Assembly: GCA_041390065.1 (NCBI GenBank)
Contig: JAWKQQ010000005.1
Coordinates: forward strand, 482,500-546,499
From: Candidatus Krumholzibacteriia bacterium
GTDB taxonomy: Bacteria; Krumholzibacteriota; Krumholzibacteriia; LZORAL124-64-63
Direction of reading: 5' to 3'
Length of the DNA stretch: 64,000 nt
In this document: positions 1 to 9,030 of the stretch, in pieces
How the letters are laid out: each line of letters opens with the position of its first letter
Position numbering within the stretch: the stretch's first letter is position 1
Made by a program: the position numbers and the translations under genes
Notes under the pieces: generated by a model
The model's input: only the letters and a program-made list of their open reading frames with translations
Told to the model about the DNA's origin: nothing
Database searches by the model: none

Positions 1-1
1 C

Positions 2-955
2 GAGCATGCGTTCACCCTCCTGACGCCCCGGGGCTGGCAGGCGCGCGGCGGCATCTTCCGCGTCGACGCCGCCACGGCCGGGGGCCCGCTCAACGCGCTC
101 GCGGCCAAGTGCGACCTCGCGTTCACGAGCGACCAGCGCGGCACGGTGATGTTCCACATCCTGCCCGACATGGTCTACGCGCACGTGGGCATCGGCGGCG
201 GGTACTGGCCGCCGGGCAGCGTCTACCAGGGCGCCGTGGTGCGGCCGCTCGAGAGCGCCGAGCAGCACCTCATGTCCCTCTTCCAGCACCTGCATCCCCG
301 GGCCAGCGAGGTGCAGGTGGTGGCGAGCCGGCGTCTGCCGGGAGAGGTCGAGGCCCTCGACCGCGCCGCCGCCTACACCAACCAGCTGCTGGGCCAGGTG
401 GCCGGACCGGGGCTGCAGAGCCGGCACGACGCCGCGGCCGCCGTCATCGACTACACCGAGCAGGGCGTCCGTTACCGCCAGATCATGGGCACCGGCCTCG
501 TGAACGAGCCGGCCGCCATGACCTGGCGCAACACCCGCACCCTGGAATTCCGCGCGCCGGCGGCCGAGTTCGAGCGCTGGCGGCCCGTGTTCGACGTGAT
601 GCGGTTCTCCGTGCGCTTCGACCCGCGCTGGATCCTGAAGGAGTCGAACAACCAGCGGCAGCAGGCCGACTTCGTGATGAAGGTCCTTGACGAGGTGCGC
701 CGGATCGACGGCGAGCTGGCCGCCCACACCCGGGTCACCCACGCGGAGATCATGAACGACAACTTCCTGGTCCTGACCGGTCAGGAGGAGTTCGTCGACC
801 CGCGCACCGGCGAGGTGGAGGTGGACACCGACGCGTTCCGCTACCGGTGGAAGACCGACGGCGGCGACGTCTACTACACCGTTCGCGAAGACGAGGATCC
901 GAATCTCTTCCTGCAGCGGACGGACTACGAACGGACGCCGGTGCGGCAACGGTAG
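2..955 (+). CDS. hypothetical protein, 5' end outside window
   Basis: The frame is open from the window edge to TAG 953-955. Third-position GC is very high in this frame. No family recognised. Confidence 0.55.
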   Translation, partial: EHAFTLLTPRGWQARGGIFRVDAATAGGPLNALAAKCDLAFTSDQRGTVMFHILPDMVYAHVGIGGGYWPPGSVYQGAVVRPLESAEQHLMSLFQHLHPRASEVQVVASRRLPGEVEALDRAAAYTNQLLGQVAGPGLQSRHDAAAAVIDYTEQGVRYRQIMGTGLVNEPAAMTWRNTRTLEFRAPAAEFERWRPVFDVMRFSVRFDPRWILKESNNQRQQADFVMKVLDEVRRIDGELAAHTRVTHAEIMNDNFLVLTGQEEFVDPRTGEVEVDTDAFRYRWKTDGGDVYYTVREDEDPNLFLQRTDYERTPVRQR

Positions 956-1162
956 CCGGCGACCATCGGCTGAGGCGTCAGGCCAACCCAGGGATCGCCG
1001 CGGCGACGGCCTCGTCCTCGAGTTCTGAACCGCCCCGGATCCTCCGCAGACCGATTCGGGTGAGGGGAGCGCCTCGGCCGGCCATGATGGAAAGCGGGAC
1101 CCGGACCATGCCGGATCCCGCCGAACCACATGACCGAGACCTCTGGAACCGACCGATCGAGG

Positions 1163-1888
1163 CTACTCGAACATCGCCTTCACGCTGCTGAGGGTCCTGG
1201 ACTCGGTGGCGACGGCGCCGCCGAACTCGATCGTGATGTTGTCACCGCCGGCCTCCCAGCCCGTGTCGATGGCGAAGAAGGCGGGATGGCACCAGTGGAA
1301 CTCGACCGTCGACACGTTGGACAGGATGTCCTGGAAGGTCACGTCCGAGGGGAAGACGTCGCCGCCGGTCCAGTAGGAACCGCCGAGCCAGCCGGTGGGG
1401 AGCTCACCGAGGCCGCCGACGAAGTCGCTCGGGATGTCGAAATCGTAGTGGGTCCAACCCTCGCCGATCTGGGGGATCAGCCAGTTGAAGGGATCGGGAT
1501 AGACGTAGACGTCGTCCTCGATATCCGGCGTGCCCATGTCGTTGCGGAGCAGGACGGTGAAGGGAAATCCGTTGGCTCCACCGTTCTCGCAGAGCGGGGT
1601 GGTGAAGTCGCCGCTGAGCCTGGTCACGCCCCTCGTGACGTAGTTGCCCGTGAAGTCGACGGCGCCGGGCTCGCACTGGAGGACGGGCCAGAACGCCCAG
1701 TAGTAGCCGCTCGAGAACCAGCCGCCAGGGTTGCCGCCGTCGGCATCGATGCCCTCGGTCCAGCCGTAGAAGGTCCAGTTGCCGAGGTTGGCGCCGTTCT
1801 CAAAATCGGCGGTGACGGTGTCCGCCATCGCCATCGTGCTCATGGCCAGGATCAGGGCCACCGTGGTCAAGGACATCAGCTTGCGCAT
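1163..1888 (-). CDS. secreted hypothetical protein with C-terminal SVKAMFE tag
   Basis: ATG at 1888 is preceded by AAGGAGAAG. Signal peptide MRKLMSLTTVALILAMSTMAMA. The mature N-terminus DFENGANLGNWTFYGW resembles a CBM-like jelly-roll. Ends ATESRTLSSVKAMFE. Confidence 0.7.
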   Translation of the reverse strand: MRKLMSLTTVALILAMSTMAMADTVTADFENGANLGNWTFYGWTEGIDADGGNPGGWFSSGYYWAFWPVLQCEPGAVDFTGNYVTRGVTRLSGDFTTPLCENGGANGFPFTVLLRNDMGTPDIEDDVYVYPDPFNWLIPQIGEGWTHYDFDIPSDFVGGLGELPTGWLGGSYWTGGDVFPSDVTFQDILSNVSTVEFHWCHPAFFAIDTGWEAGGDNITIEFGGAVATESRTLSSVKAMFE

Positions 1889-2027
1889 GGTCTTCTCCTT
1901 CGGGCGCGGTGTTGGATCGTCGTTCCGAGGGATATCATGCCGGGTCGTGCCGTCCCGGGCAATTGGACCTTGGTCCAACACGTGCTGGCCGCCATCGCTG
2001 GGAATCCACGCGGCGCCGAGCGGCCGG

Positions 2028-4052
2028 CTAGACACGGTGTCCGGGAAGTTCGAATCGCACGGTCAGCCCGCCTTCTTCGCGTCGCTCGGCCTGGATGTAC
2101 CCGCCATGGGCCTCGATGATGGTCCGGCAGATGGGCAACCCCATCCCCAGGCCTTCCCGCTTGGTGGTGAAGAAGGGTTCGAACATGTCGCCCAGGATGT
2201 CTTCGTCGATGGGCGGGCCGTCGTCGCTGACCGCGACGCGGACGCCGCCATCCGACGTGCGCTCGGCCGTGACCCGCAGGGCTCCGTCGCGGCCGTCCAT
2301 GACGGCCATGCCGTTCTGGAGCAGGTTCAGGACCACCTGCTGCAACTGGATCCGGTCTCCGAGGACGGGTGGCAGATCCGTTCCCGGTCGCAGGTTGAGC
2401 GCGACACCATGGATTCCGGCTTCGGCCCGGACCAGGGCCACCGCATCGGCCAGGATCTGATTCAGATCCACCGGCTGTCGCTTCAGGTTGCCCTTGCGCA
2501 TCATGTCCCGCAGGCGAACGATGATCCCCTGCGCCCGTTCGGCGTCGTCACCGATGTCGGCCAGCGCGGCGCCCACCTCGGCGGTGTCCGGCTCGGCCCG
2601 CTCGAGATAGTTGACGCCGGCGCGCGCGTTGGCCCGGATGGCCGCCAGGGGCTGATTCAACTCGTGGGCGAAGGCCGCCGCCAACTCGCCCATGGTCGCA
2701 ACGCGGGCCACGTGGGCCAGCTCGTCCCGCGCCGCGCGTTCCAGGTCGGCGTGGGCCGCACGCAGCGCCTCGTTCGTCCGGGCGATCTGCTTGTGCGCCC
2801 GCCGCTGGAACAGATAGCGGTTCAAGAGCAGGAGGATGATGACCACCGCCAGGCCGGCGACGACCAGCAGCAGCTGGCGCCGGAACCGGTCGATCTCCCG
2901 CTCTCGTTTCAGGACCTGGATCTCGCGGTCCTTCAGATCCACCTCGAAACGGGTCTGGGCCAGGGCGATCTGGCGCGTGCGTTCCTCGTTGAACAGATCG
3001 TCGTACGCGTGCTTGTAGCGCTTGTGGTAGTCCAGCGCCTGTTCGAAACGCCCGGCCGCCTCGTAGGCTCCCGAAAGGGCCTCCAGGTTGTCGCGGGTCA
3101 GTTCCTGGATCTGCAACTCCTCGGTCACGGCCAGGGCCCGTTGCAGGTAGTCGATGCCCAGATCGTAGCGTCCCTGCTTGATCTGGATGGTCCCGATGTT
3201 GTGCAAGCACACCGAAGCCCCCTGCCGGTCGCCCAGGTCGCGGCGCAGAGCCAGGGACTGTTCGTACCGGGTCAAGGCTTCTTCGAGGGCGTCACGCGCC
3301 TCGTAGACCTGCCCCATGTTGTTCAGGGTCATGGCCATGCCGGGCTTGTTGTCGATCCTCGTCTCCATGTCCAGAGCTCTGGCGTAGGTGCTGAGCGAGC
3401 GGTCGTACCGAGCCTGATCGAAGTAGACCAGGCCGATGTTGTTCAAGGAGCTGGTGACCATGGCGGTGTCGACCTCCGCCTCGTAGGACTCCAGGGACTG
3501 CTGGTAGTAGGTCAGGGCCTGCTCGTAGTCGCCGGCGGTGTGGTAGATGTTGGCCACGTTGTTGTAGCCCTGGCCGATGCCCCGACGGTCGTTCATGTCG
3601 AGGCGGATGGCCAGCGCCTGGAAGTAGTAGTCCAACGCCCGGTCGTGCTCACCCCAGACGAAGTAGATCACGCCGATGTTGTTCAGCGCATCGGCCTGGA
3701 GCTTGCGATCGCCGAGTCCGGTGGCCAGGTCATGGGCCTGCTGGTAGTGGACAAGAGCCTGCGGGTAGTTGCCGAGGAAGTAGTGGGACACGCCGACGCC
3801 GGTGAGCGATTCGATCAGAAGCCGGGTCAGCCCGGCCGCCGCGGCCAGCTCCCGGGCCTGATTCGCCAGCTCCAGGGACACGCGTGGATCGTCGTTGCGG
3901 GCGACGCGGGCCTGACCGAGCAGATCCTCGACACGCTGCCTGGAGTCGGCGTCATCAGTCGGCGCAACGGCTGCGAGCCGTGCCGGGCCGAACAAGGTGA
4001 GCAGCGCGAACAGAGCGAGCAGGCAGGTCGACTGGATCGGTCGGATCGACAC
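2028..4052 (-). CDS. TPR-repeat sensor histidine kinase
   Basis: About 7 TPR-like repeats (NNIGVIYF, NNVANIYH, NNIGLVYF, NNMGQVYE, HNIGTIQI) and one TM (LLLVVAGLAVVIILLLL). H-box FAHELNQPLAAI and HATPase motifs (LQNGMAV, DDGPPI, GLGMGL). A GTG start at 4052 has AAGGAG 8 nt upstream. Alternative ATG starts at 4079 and 4142. Confidence 0.85.
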   Translation of the reverse strand: MSIRPIQSTCLLALFALLTLFGPARLAAVAPTDDADSRQRVEDLLGQARVARNDDPRVSLELANQARELAAAAGLTRLLIESLTGVGVSHYFLGNYPQALVHYQQAHDLATGLGDRKLQADALNNIGVIYFVWGEHDRALDYYFQALAIRLDMNDRRGIGQGYNNVANIYHTAGDYEQALTYYQQSLESYEAEVDTAMVTSSLNNIGLVYFDQARYDRSLSTYARALDMETRIDNKPGMAMTLNNMGQVYEARDALEEALTRYEQSLALRRDLGDRQGASVCLHNIGTIQIKQGRYDLGIDYLQRALAVTEELQIQELTRDNLEALSGAYEAAGRFEQALDYHKRYKHAYDDLFNEERTRQIALAQTRFEVDLKDREIQVLKREREIDRFRRQLLLVVAGLAVVIILLLLNRYLFQRRAHKQIARTNEALRAAHADLERAARDELAHVARVATMGELAAAFAHELNQPLAAIRANARAGVNYLERAEPDTAEVGAALADIGDDAERAQGIIVRLRDMMRKGNLKRQPVDLNQILADAVALVRAEAGIHGVALNLRPGTDLPPVLGDRIQLQQVVLNLLQNGMAVMDGRDGALRVTAERTSDGGVRVAVSDDGPPIDEDILGDMFEPFFTTKREGLGMGLPICRTIIEAHGGYIQAERREEGGLTVRFELPGHRV

Positions 4053-4244
4053 GCGTACGGCTCCTTGGCAGGCTCCCATGATCGGATGATGGGACCAAGC
4101 AAGCAGGAACGGCGGCGCCACGCTATTGGCCCTAAGTCCCATTGTGCAATCGCGTCGCGACCCTCACTATGGACACGGCGCGATCCACGCGACCGATGCT
4201 ACACGATCAGCCACCCATTGGCATGGGATAAGGACAGGCACGAG

Positions 4245-5180
4245 GTGCAGGGGCGGGAAGCCAGGAAGCCGCTGGGTTCGCAGATCGACGGCGATACCGC
4301 GCGGGAGACGGTCATGAGAGAGCTGGTGCACCGCCTCGCCGGGAGCTTGGCAGCGGTGCGCCGCGACCTGCTTCAGTCCCGCGAATGCCTCGTGGCCGGC
4401 CGGTCGGATCACGGCGCCGCCGGCGGAGCGATCGACCGTGCGCTTGCCGAGAACGACGCCGCCTACGCCGCCCTGGTCAGACTGCGCTGGTCTCTGCTGC
4501 GCCGGACCGAGCCGCAGACGATTCCGCAGCGCGAGGGAGACGAGATGAACGGATCCAGGCCCATGGTCTTCGTCGTGGACGACAGCCCCTCGGTGCGCCG
4601 GGCTCTCTCCCGCCTGCTGCAGTCGGTCGGCCTGCAGGTCGAGGTCTTCGGTTCGGCCCGGCAGTTCCTCGACCACCCGTTGCCCGACGTGTCCTGCTGC
4701 GTGGTGCTGGACGTGCGGATGCCGCGCATGAGCGGCCTGGATCTGCAGCAGGAGCTGGCCGCGCGCGGCAGTGACGTTCCCATCGTCTTCATCACCGGCC
4801 ACGGGGACATCGACATGGCGGTCCGGGCCATGAAGGACGGGGCGGTGGATTTCCTGCCCAAGCCCTTCAACGACCAGGACCTGATCGATGCGATCAACCG
4901 GGCTCTGGACAAGGACCAGGCCCGTCGCGAGGAACAGGCCGGCATCGCCGAGATCCAGGCGCGGCTCGACCGCCTGACGCCGCGCGAGCGACAGGTCATG
5001 GAACTGGTGATCACGGGGATCCTGAACAAGCAGATCGCGTCCGAGCTGGGCACCGGCGAGAAGACCATCAAGGTGCACCGGTCGCGGGTCATGGAGAAGA
5101 TGGAGGCGAGGTCGGTGGCCGAGCTGGTGAAGCTCGCGGCGCGGGTGGGCATCGAGGGGCCCTCATTTCCCGAGGAATGA
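4245..5180 (+). CDS. FixJ/LuxR-family response regulator with N-terminal DHp-like extension
   Basis: REC domain (VFVVDDSPSVRR, VVLDVRMPRMSG, FLPKPF) plus LuxR HTH (LTPRERQVMELV, KQIASELGTGEKTIKVHR). The core could start at ATG 4545 (GGGAGAC RBS). The upstream in-frame stretch has high GC3 and an H-box-like ELVHRLAGSLAAV. Candidate starts are GTG 4245 and ATG 4314. Confidence 0.75.
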   Translation: MQGREARKPLGSQIDGDTARETVMRELVHRLAGSLAAVRRDLLQSRECLVAGRSDHGAAGGAIDRALAENDAAYAALVRLRWSLLRRTEPQTIPQREGDEMNGSRPMVFVVDDSPSVRRALSRLLQSVGLQVEVFGSARQFLDHPLPDVSCCVVLDVRMPRMSGLDLQQELAARGSDVPIVFITGHGDIDMAVRAMKDGAVDFLPKPFNDQDLIDAINRALDKDQARREEQAGIAEIQARLDRLTPRERQVMELVITGILNKQIASELGTGEKTIKVHRSRVMEKMEARSVAELVKLAARVGIEGPSFPEE

Positions 5181-5443
5181 GGCGATCGCGGTCGATTCGA
5201 ATCGCCGCGCTCCCCCATGACGTCGACGCGACCCCCGGCATCCTGACGTGACACCCAGCACGTCCGCCCGGCGGGCTCTCGCGGCACCGTGAAAGCAGCT
5301 ATGGAATCGCAAATGACGTTGAGATAGCCTTCAGGCAGACCAGTCCCTCTGCGACCAGCCGCCGGTCCCGCCGACCCACGGTGCGAGGTGGACATCCCGA
5401 TCCACGACGACGCCCGCCGCGCACCCCGGACCAGGAGGCCCCC

Positions 5444-6694
5444 GTGGCGATCAAGTCCCCCGCACCCGCCGCCGCTCCCGACCTCCACGCAACCCTCCTT
5501 TGTCTGCTCCTCACCTGCCTCCTCCTGGCCGGCCACCCCGTTGCCGCCGAACCCCTCCCTCCCGACTGGCCCTACGACACCGACTTCGACGACGATCTGC
5601 TGCACGTCCACCCCGAGCTGAACTACACCCAGCACCCGGACTGGGTCGCACGCTGGGAGCGTGACCGCCTCGGGGCCGGCGCCTTCACCGGCGCCTTCGG
5701 CAGCTCGGCCACCGACGAGCTGCTCATCGACGCGCACTGGGCCCTCAACCCGCGCCTCGGCGAAGGGGGTCTGCGCCTGCGTCAGGACATCGTCTGGGAG
5801 CAGCGTCGGCACCTCCCCCACGACCGGCTCGACCTCTGGCTCGGACTCGAACAGCGCCTGTCCGGACCCTGGGGAGTGGTGGTGCAGGCCACGCCGGCCG
5901 AGGACAAGGAGGAGATCGACCTGCGGCTGGGCGGGCTCTGGACCTCGCCCGACCGCACGCAGTACGTGCAGCTGCTCTACCTCGCCGAGGACATCACCGC
6001 CGACGAGAAGGACCCCCGCGCGCCGGACACCCACGACCCCGCGCGCGGCGTGGCCTGGCTGGTGCGGCTGGCGCGCGGCGACTGGTCGATGTATTCGAGC
6101 GGGCACTGGACCGGCGGCCACGCGCGTCGGTTCCCCGACCCGGGGGCGTCGCCGGAGCTCCGCGCCGCGTCGCGTCGGTCCGACGACCTCGTCGTGCGGG
6201 TCCGCTGGCGCCCGGCACCGCGGACGCACCTCGAGCTGGCATGGCGCCAGGCCGAGGACGCGGCGGCGCGAGCCTACCGCGGCGAGGCGACCGTCTACGA
6301 TCGCGACTACGCCGGCTGGTACCGCACCCTGTCGGCGCGGGGCCTGGTGCCGCTGGCGCCGCGCTGGCGGCTGCGGGCCGAACTGCACGGCCTCGCACGC
6401 CGCGCCACCGTGAGCGGCTGGCGCGCCATGTCGTATCACCGCGACGAGGTCCTGCCCGGCGTCTGGGCGGAGTGGTCGGTGGGGCGTGATCACTGGCTCG
6501 AGCTGGGCTACCTGGGAACGTTCTCCCGCTGGCAGGACGCCGGCCTCGCGGAGCGCTCGGGCTTCGCGGACAAGGTGGAGCTGGCGGCGGTGTTCAACCT
6601 GGGGGACGGGGCCGGGCTGAAGGCGTCGCTGAGCCACGAGGTGTCGCTGCAGCGCTTCGGCGGCGCCAGCGTGCGGATGGTGACGGGGTTCTGA
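5444..6694 (+). CDS. putative outer-membrane beta-barrel protein
   Basis: GTG 5444 lies 5 nt after AGGAGG. Signal peptide LLCLLLTCLLLAGHPVAA. Alternating aromatic/charged strands. The C-terminus ends in VRMVTGF (terminal Phe, as in an OMP beta-signal). Confidence 0.55.
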   Translation: MAIKSPAPAAAPDLHATLLCLLLTCLLLAGHPVAAEPLPPDWPYDTDFDDDLLHVHPELNYTQHPDWVARWERDRLGAGAFTGAFGSSATDELLIDAHWALNPRLGEGGLRLRQDIVWEQRRHLPHDRLDLWLGLEQRLSGPWGVVVQATPAEDKEEIDLRLGGLWTSPDRTQYVQLLYLAEDITADEKDPRAPDTHDPARGVAWLVRLARGDWSMYSSGHWTGGHARRFPDPGASPELRAASRRSDDLVVRVRWRPAPRTHLELAWRQAEDAAARAYRGEATVYDRDYAGWYRTLSARGLVPLAPRWRLRAELHGLARRATVSGWRAMSYHRDEVLPGVWAEWSVGRDHWLELGYLGTFSRWQDAGLAERSGFADKVELAAVFNLGDGAGLKASLSHEVSLQRFGGASVRMVTGF

Positions 6695-6727
6695 GCGGGC
6701 TGGGGGCCGGTGCGTGCGATCAAGAGA

Positions 6728-6750
6728 GGGCCGCCGCGTGGTGGCGGCCC
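6728..6750. terminator. GC hairpin between convergent genes
   Basis: GGGCCGCC-gcgtggt-GGCGGCCC, an 8-bp stem. It sits between the OMP stop (6694) and the PK-like stop (6917). There is no clear U tract. Confidence 0.35.
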
Positions 6751-6916
6751 TGATGCCGGGCGGAATGGAACCAGGAGCTGCGTCAGCGGATCAGGTAGGT
6801 GCTCGATACGCTCGGCGACGGCGACCTCGCAGCCCCGTTGGCCGACCGGCTCGCTCCGGGAGACCCCTGGGCGGGGCTGGAGCGATGATGGTCCCCGTCG
6901 TCGGCGCACGGTCCGA

Positions 6917-8782
6917 TCAAGCATCCGCCTCGCCCGTCGCCATCCCGTACCGACCCTCCGAGACCTTCAGCCGCCGCAGCATCGGCGTCTTCTTGTGATG
7001 GTGCTCCCGCATCCTGGCCAGGACCGCGTCCAGGAAGCGCACGCCCTCGACCACGAAGGGCCCCTTGTTGAGCATCACGCATTCGGCCCGGCCACTCATC
7101 GCCGCGTCGGTGACCTCCGCCCGCGAGGGCATGCCGGTCTTGACCAGGTTCTCGAGCACCTGGGTGGCCCAGATGACCGGCACGTGGGCCGCCTCGCAGA
7201 GCCATAGGATCTGCTCCTGGACCTCCGCCAGCCGATCGAAGCCCAGTTCGACGCCGAGGTCTCCGCGCGCCACCATCACGCCGAACGGGGGCGACTTCAG
7301 CCCGGCGAAAAGGAGCGGCACCAGGCTCTCGAAGGCCGCGCGCGTCTCGATCTTGAGCACGATCGCGATGTCGTCGCGACCGCGGGCGTGCAGCTCGGAC
7401 TGCAGCCGCTCGATATCGGCCGGCTCGTGGACGAACGACAGGCCGACGATGTCGGCGTGCTCGGCGATGAAGTCGAGATTGTCGAGATCCTCGCCGGACA
7501 GGGCCGGGGCGGAGATCCGGGTGGCCGGCAGGTTGATGCCCTTGTCGGCCCGGAGCTTGGCGCCGCCGGGCGGCGTCCGCTCGATGAGGACGGTGATCTC
7601 GCCACCCGAGATGCGTTCGACCCGCCCGGCCAACTTGCCGTCGTCGAAGGCGATCGGATCGCCGACGGCGGCATCGGTGAAGACCGTCGCGAGCGTGCAC
7701 GGAATCCGCGCCGCTTCGTTGACCGCGCCCGACCGGTCCCGACGCGCAGGCCGGCCGGGAGCCTGGTCGGCGGTCAGGACGAGGCGATCGCCCGCTTCGA
7801 GTGCGATGGCCCCGGGCAGCGGCGGGACCGCGCCGATGGCGCGGCGCGCGATCTCGCGACCGCGTCGCTCGAGCCGGAGTTCGATCCCGGGACCGACGTA
7901 GGCGCCCTTGACGCACTCGGCCCAGATCCCGCTCGGCTCCATTCCGGTCACCTTCAGACGGCGCTTGCGGCCGTTCAGGTCCCGGAACCGGACCTCGTCG
8001 TCCTCGGCACAGGCGTCGACGAACTCCTGGTCCACCGGCAGGTGGACCGCGGTCCGGACGCCGCCGATCGGCGGCGCCGCGGGCCCGAGCCAGGCCAGCG
8101 CCGCCGTGATGACCCGTCCGCATTCGTCGCGCCGGGGACGCAGCCGGACCACCGGCGGTCCGGGCTCGATCGCGCCGGTGCGCAGCTTGGGACCGCAGAG
8201 ATCGACCAGCACGCGGCAGGCGTGCCCGGTCTCCTCGGTCGCGCGGCGAGCGTTCGCGACCATCGCCGACCAGGCCGCGGGATCGTCGTGGGCGCTGTTG
8301 ATCCGCATGACGTTCATCCCGGCTGAGATCAGATCGCGCACCAGCTCATGCCGCTCGGCGGCCGCGGTTGGCATCGTCACCATGATGCGCACGAGGCGCT
8401 CGCCGCGGGGCGGACCGAGCAGCTCGCTCGTGTGCTGCGCGAGGGCGGAGTCCCCCCACTTGAAATCGAGCGGACCCGCGTGCCCGCCGTCGGGCCGCCG
8501 ATCGGGCTCGGCCATGCGAGCCACGGCGAGAAGCACCGCCTCGATCCCGGCCAGCACGTGGGCCTCGAGGCGGCCGAGCGAACTCAGGCCCATGGTCCCG
8601 AGCTGGATCTGCAGGGCGCGGATGTCGCCACGGCGCACGCCGAGGTAGTGCGCGAGATTGCGTGCGCTCTCGCGCCACGCCTCCGGCACGGCAGCGATGG
8701 CCGGGGCGAACTCACGCTCGGCGTCAACGGCTCTGTGGCGCAGGGCCAGGAGTTCGCGATGCAGTTCTTCGAGCGACAGCAT
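6917..8782 (-). CDS. pyruvate kinase family protein (long N-terminal extension, no C-terminal domain)
   Basis: PK barrel motifs: MNVMRINSAHD, DLCGPKLRTG, KGINLP, KIETRAA, MVARGDLGVE, PSRAEVTDAA. About 135 aa of helical extension precede the barrel. The protein ends right after the A domain. Confidence 0.8.
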   Translation of the reverse strand: MLSLEELHRELLALRHRAVDAEREFAPAIAAVPEAWRESARNLAHYLGVRRGDIRALQIQLGTMGLSSLGRLEAHVLAGIEAVLLAVARMAEPDRRPDGGHAGPLDFKWGDSALAQHTSELLGPPRGERLVRIMVTMPTAAAERHELVRDLISAGMNVMRINSAHDDPAAWSAMVANARRATEETGHACRVLVDLCGPKLRTGAIEPGPPVVRLRPRRDECGRVITAALAWLGPAAPPIGGVRTAVHLPVDQEFVDACAEDDEVRFRDLNGRKRRLKVTGMEPSGIWAECVKGAYVGPGIELRLERRGREIARRAIGAVPPLPGAIALEAGDRLVLTADQAPGRPARRDRSGAVNEAARIPCTLATVFTDAAVGDPIAFDDGKLAGRVERISGGEITVLIERTPPGGAKLRADKGINLPATRISAPALSGEDLDNLDFIAEHADIVGLSFVHEPADIERLQSELHARGRDDIAIVLKIETRAAFESLVPLLFAGLKSPPFGVMVARGDLGVELGFDRLAEVQEQILWLCEAAHVPVIWATQVLENLVKTGMPSRAEVTDAAMSGRAECVMLNKGPFVVEGVRFLDAVLARMREHHHKKTPMLRRLKVSEGRYGMATGEADA

Positions 8783-9030
8783 GGCGACGGTCCCTCCGGG
8801 AACGTGTTCGACCGCGACATGATAGGGAATCCCGAGGGTCGACGCGAACGACCGAGCGCGGGGAATCGGATGCGTGGAGAGACGGGTGTCGCCCGGGCCC
8901 GTGACGTTCGAGTGCGCCTCGGCAGCAGGCTGAGGCGCGTCGGCGAAATCGGGGGAAGTCCAGCAAGGCGCCCACCCGGCCCGGCGGGCCGAGGCGGACG
9001 TCACGCTCGGCCCTGTCGCGGCCCTGATCC

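Noticed and set aside
4079-4142. Longer N-terminus for the TPR histidine kinase (ATG 4142 or 4079, as in the ORF track).
   Set aside because: GC3 is low in these first codons and neither ATG has an RBS. GTG 4052 is preceded by AAGGAG at ideal spacing and still includes the signal or TM segment. The difference is minor and unverified.
1779-5180. Very long ORFs in the track, such as 1779-5180 (+), 4463-6637 (-), 21764-25312 (+), 25060-27684 (-), 53728-56355 (+), 56183-58492 (-) and 58900-61614 (+).
   Set aside because: They are Arg/Ala/Gly/Pro-rich translations lying antisense to, or out of frame with, genes that have clear family motifs. Stop codons are rare at ~70% GC. Only their terminal in-frame parts (for example the response regulator, DUF190, ccoS and emrA) are real.
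6783-6916. A minus-strand ORF ending ...SVSSTYLIR*, which resembles the L[VI]R* end of the FlgD-like C-terminal domains.
   Set aside because: Only ~130 nt lie outside the pyruvate-kinase-like gene. There is no PNPFNP or SGVY motif, and the rest of the ORF is an out-of-frame overlap of a well-supported gene.
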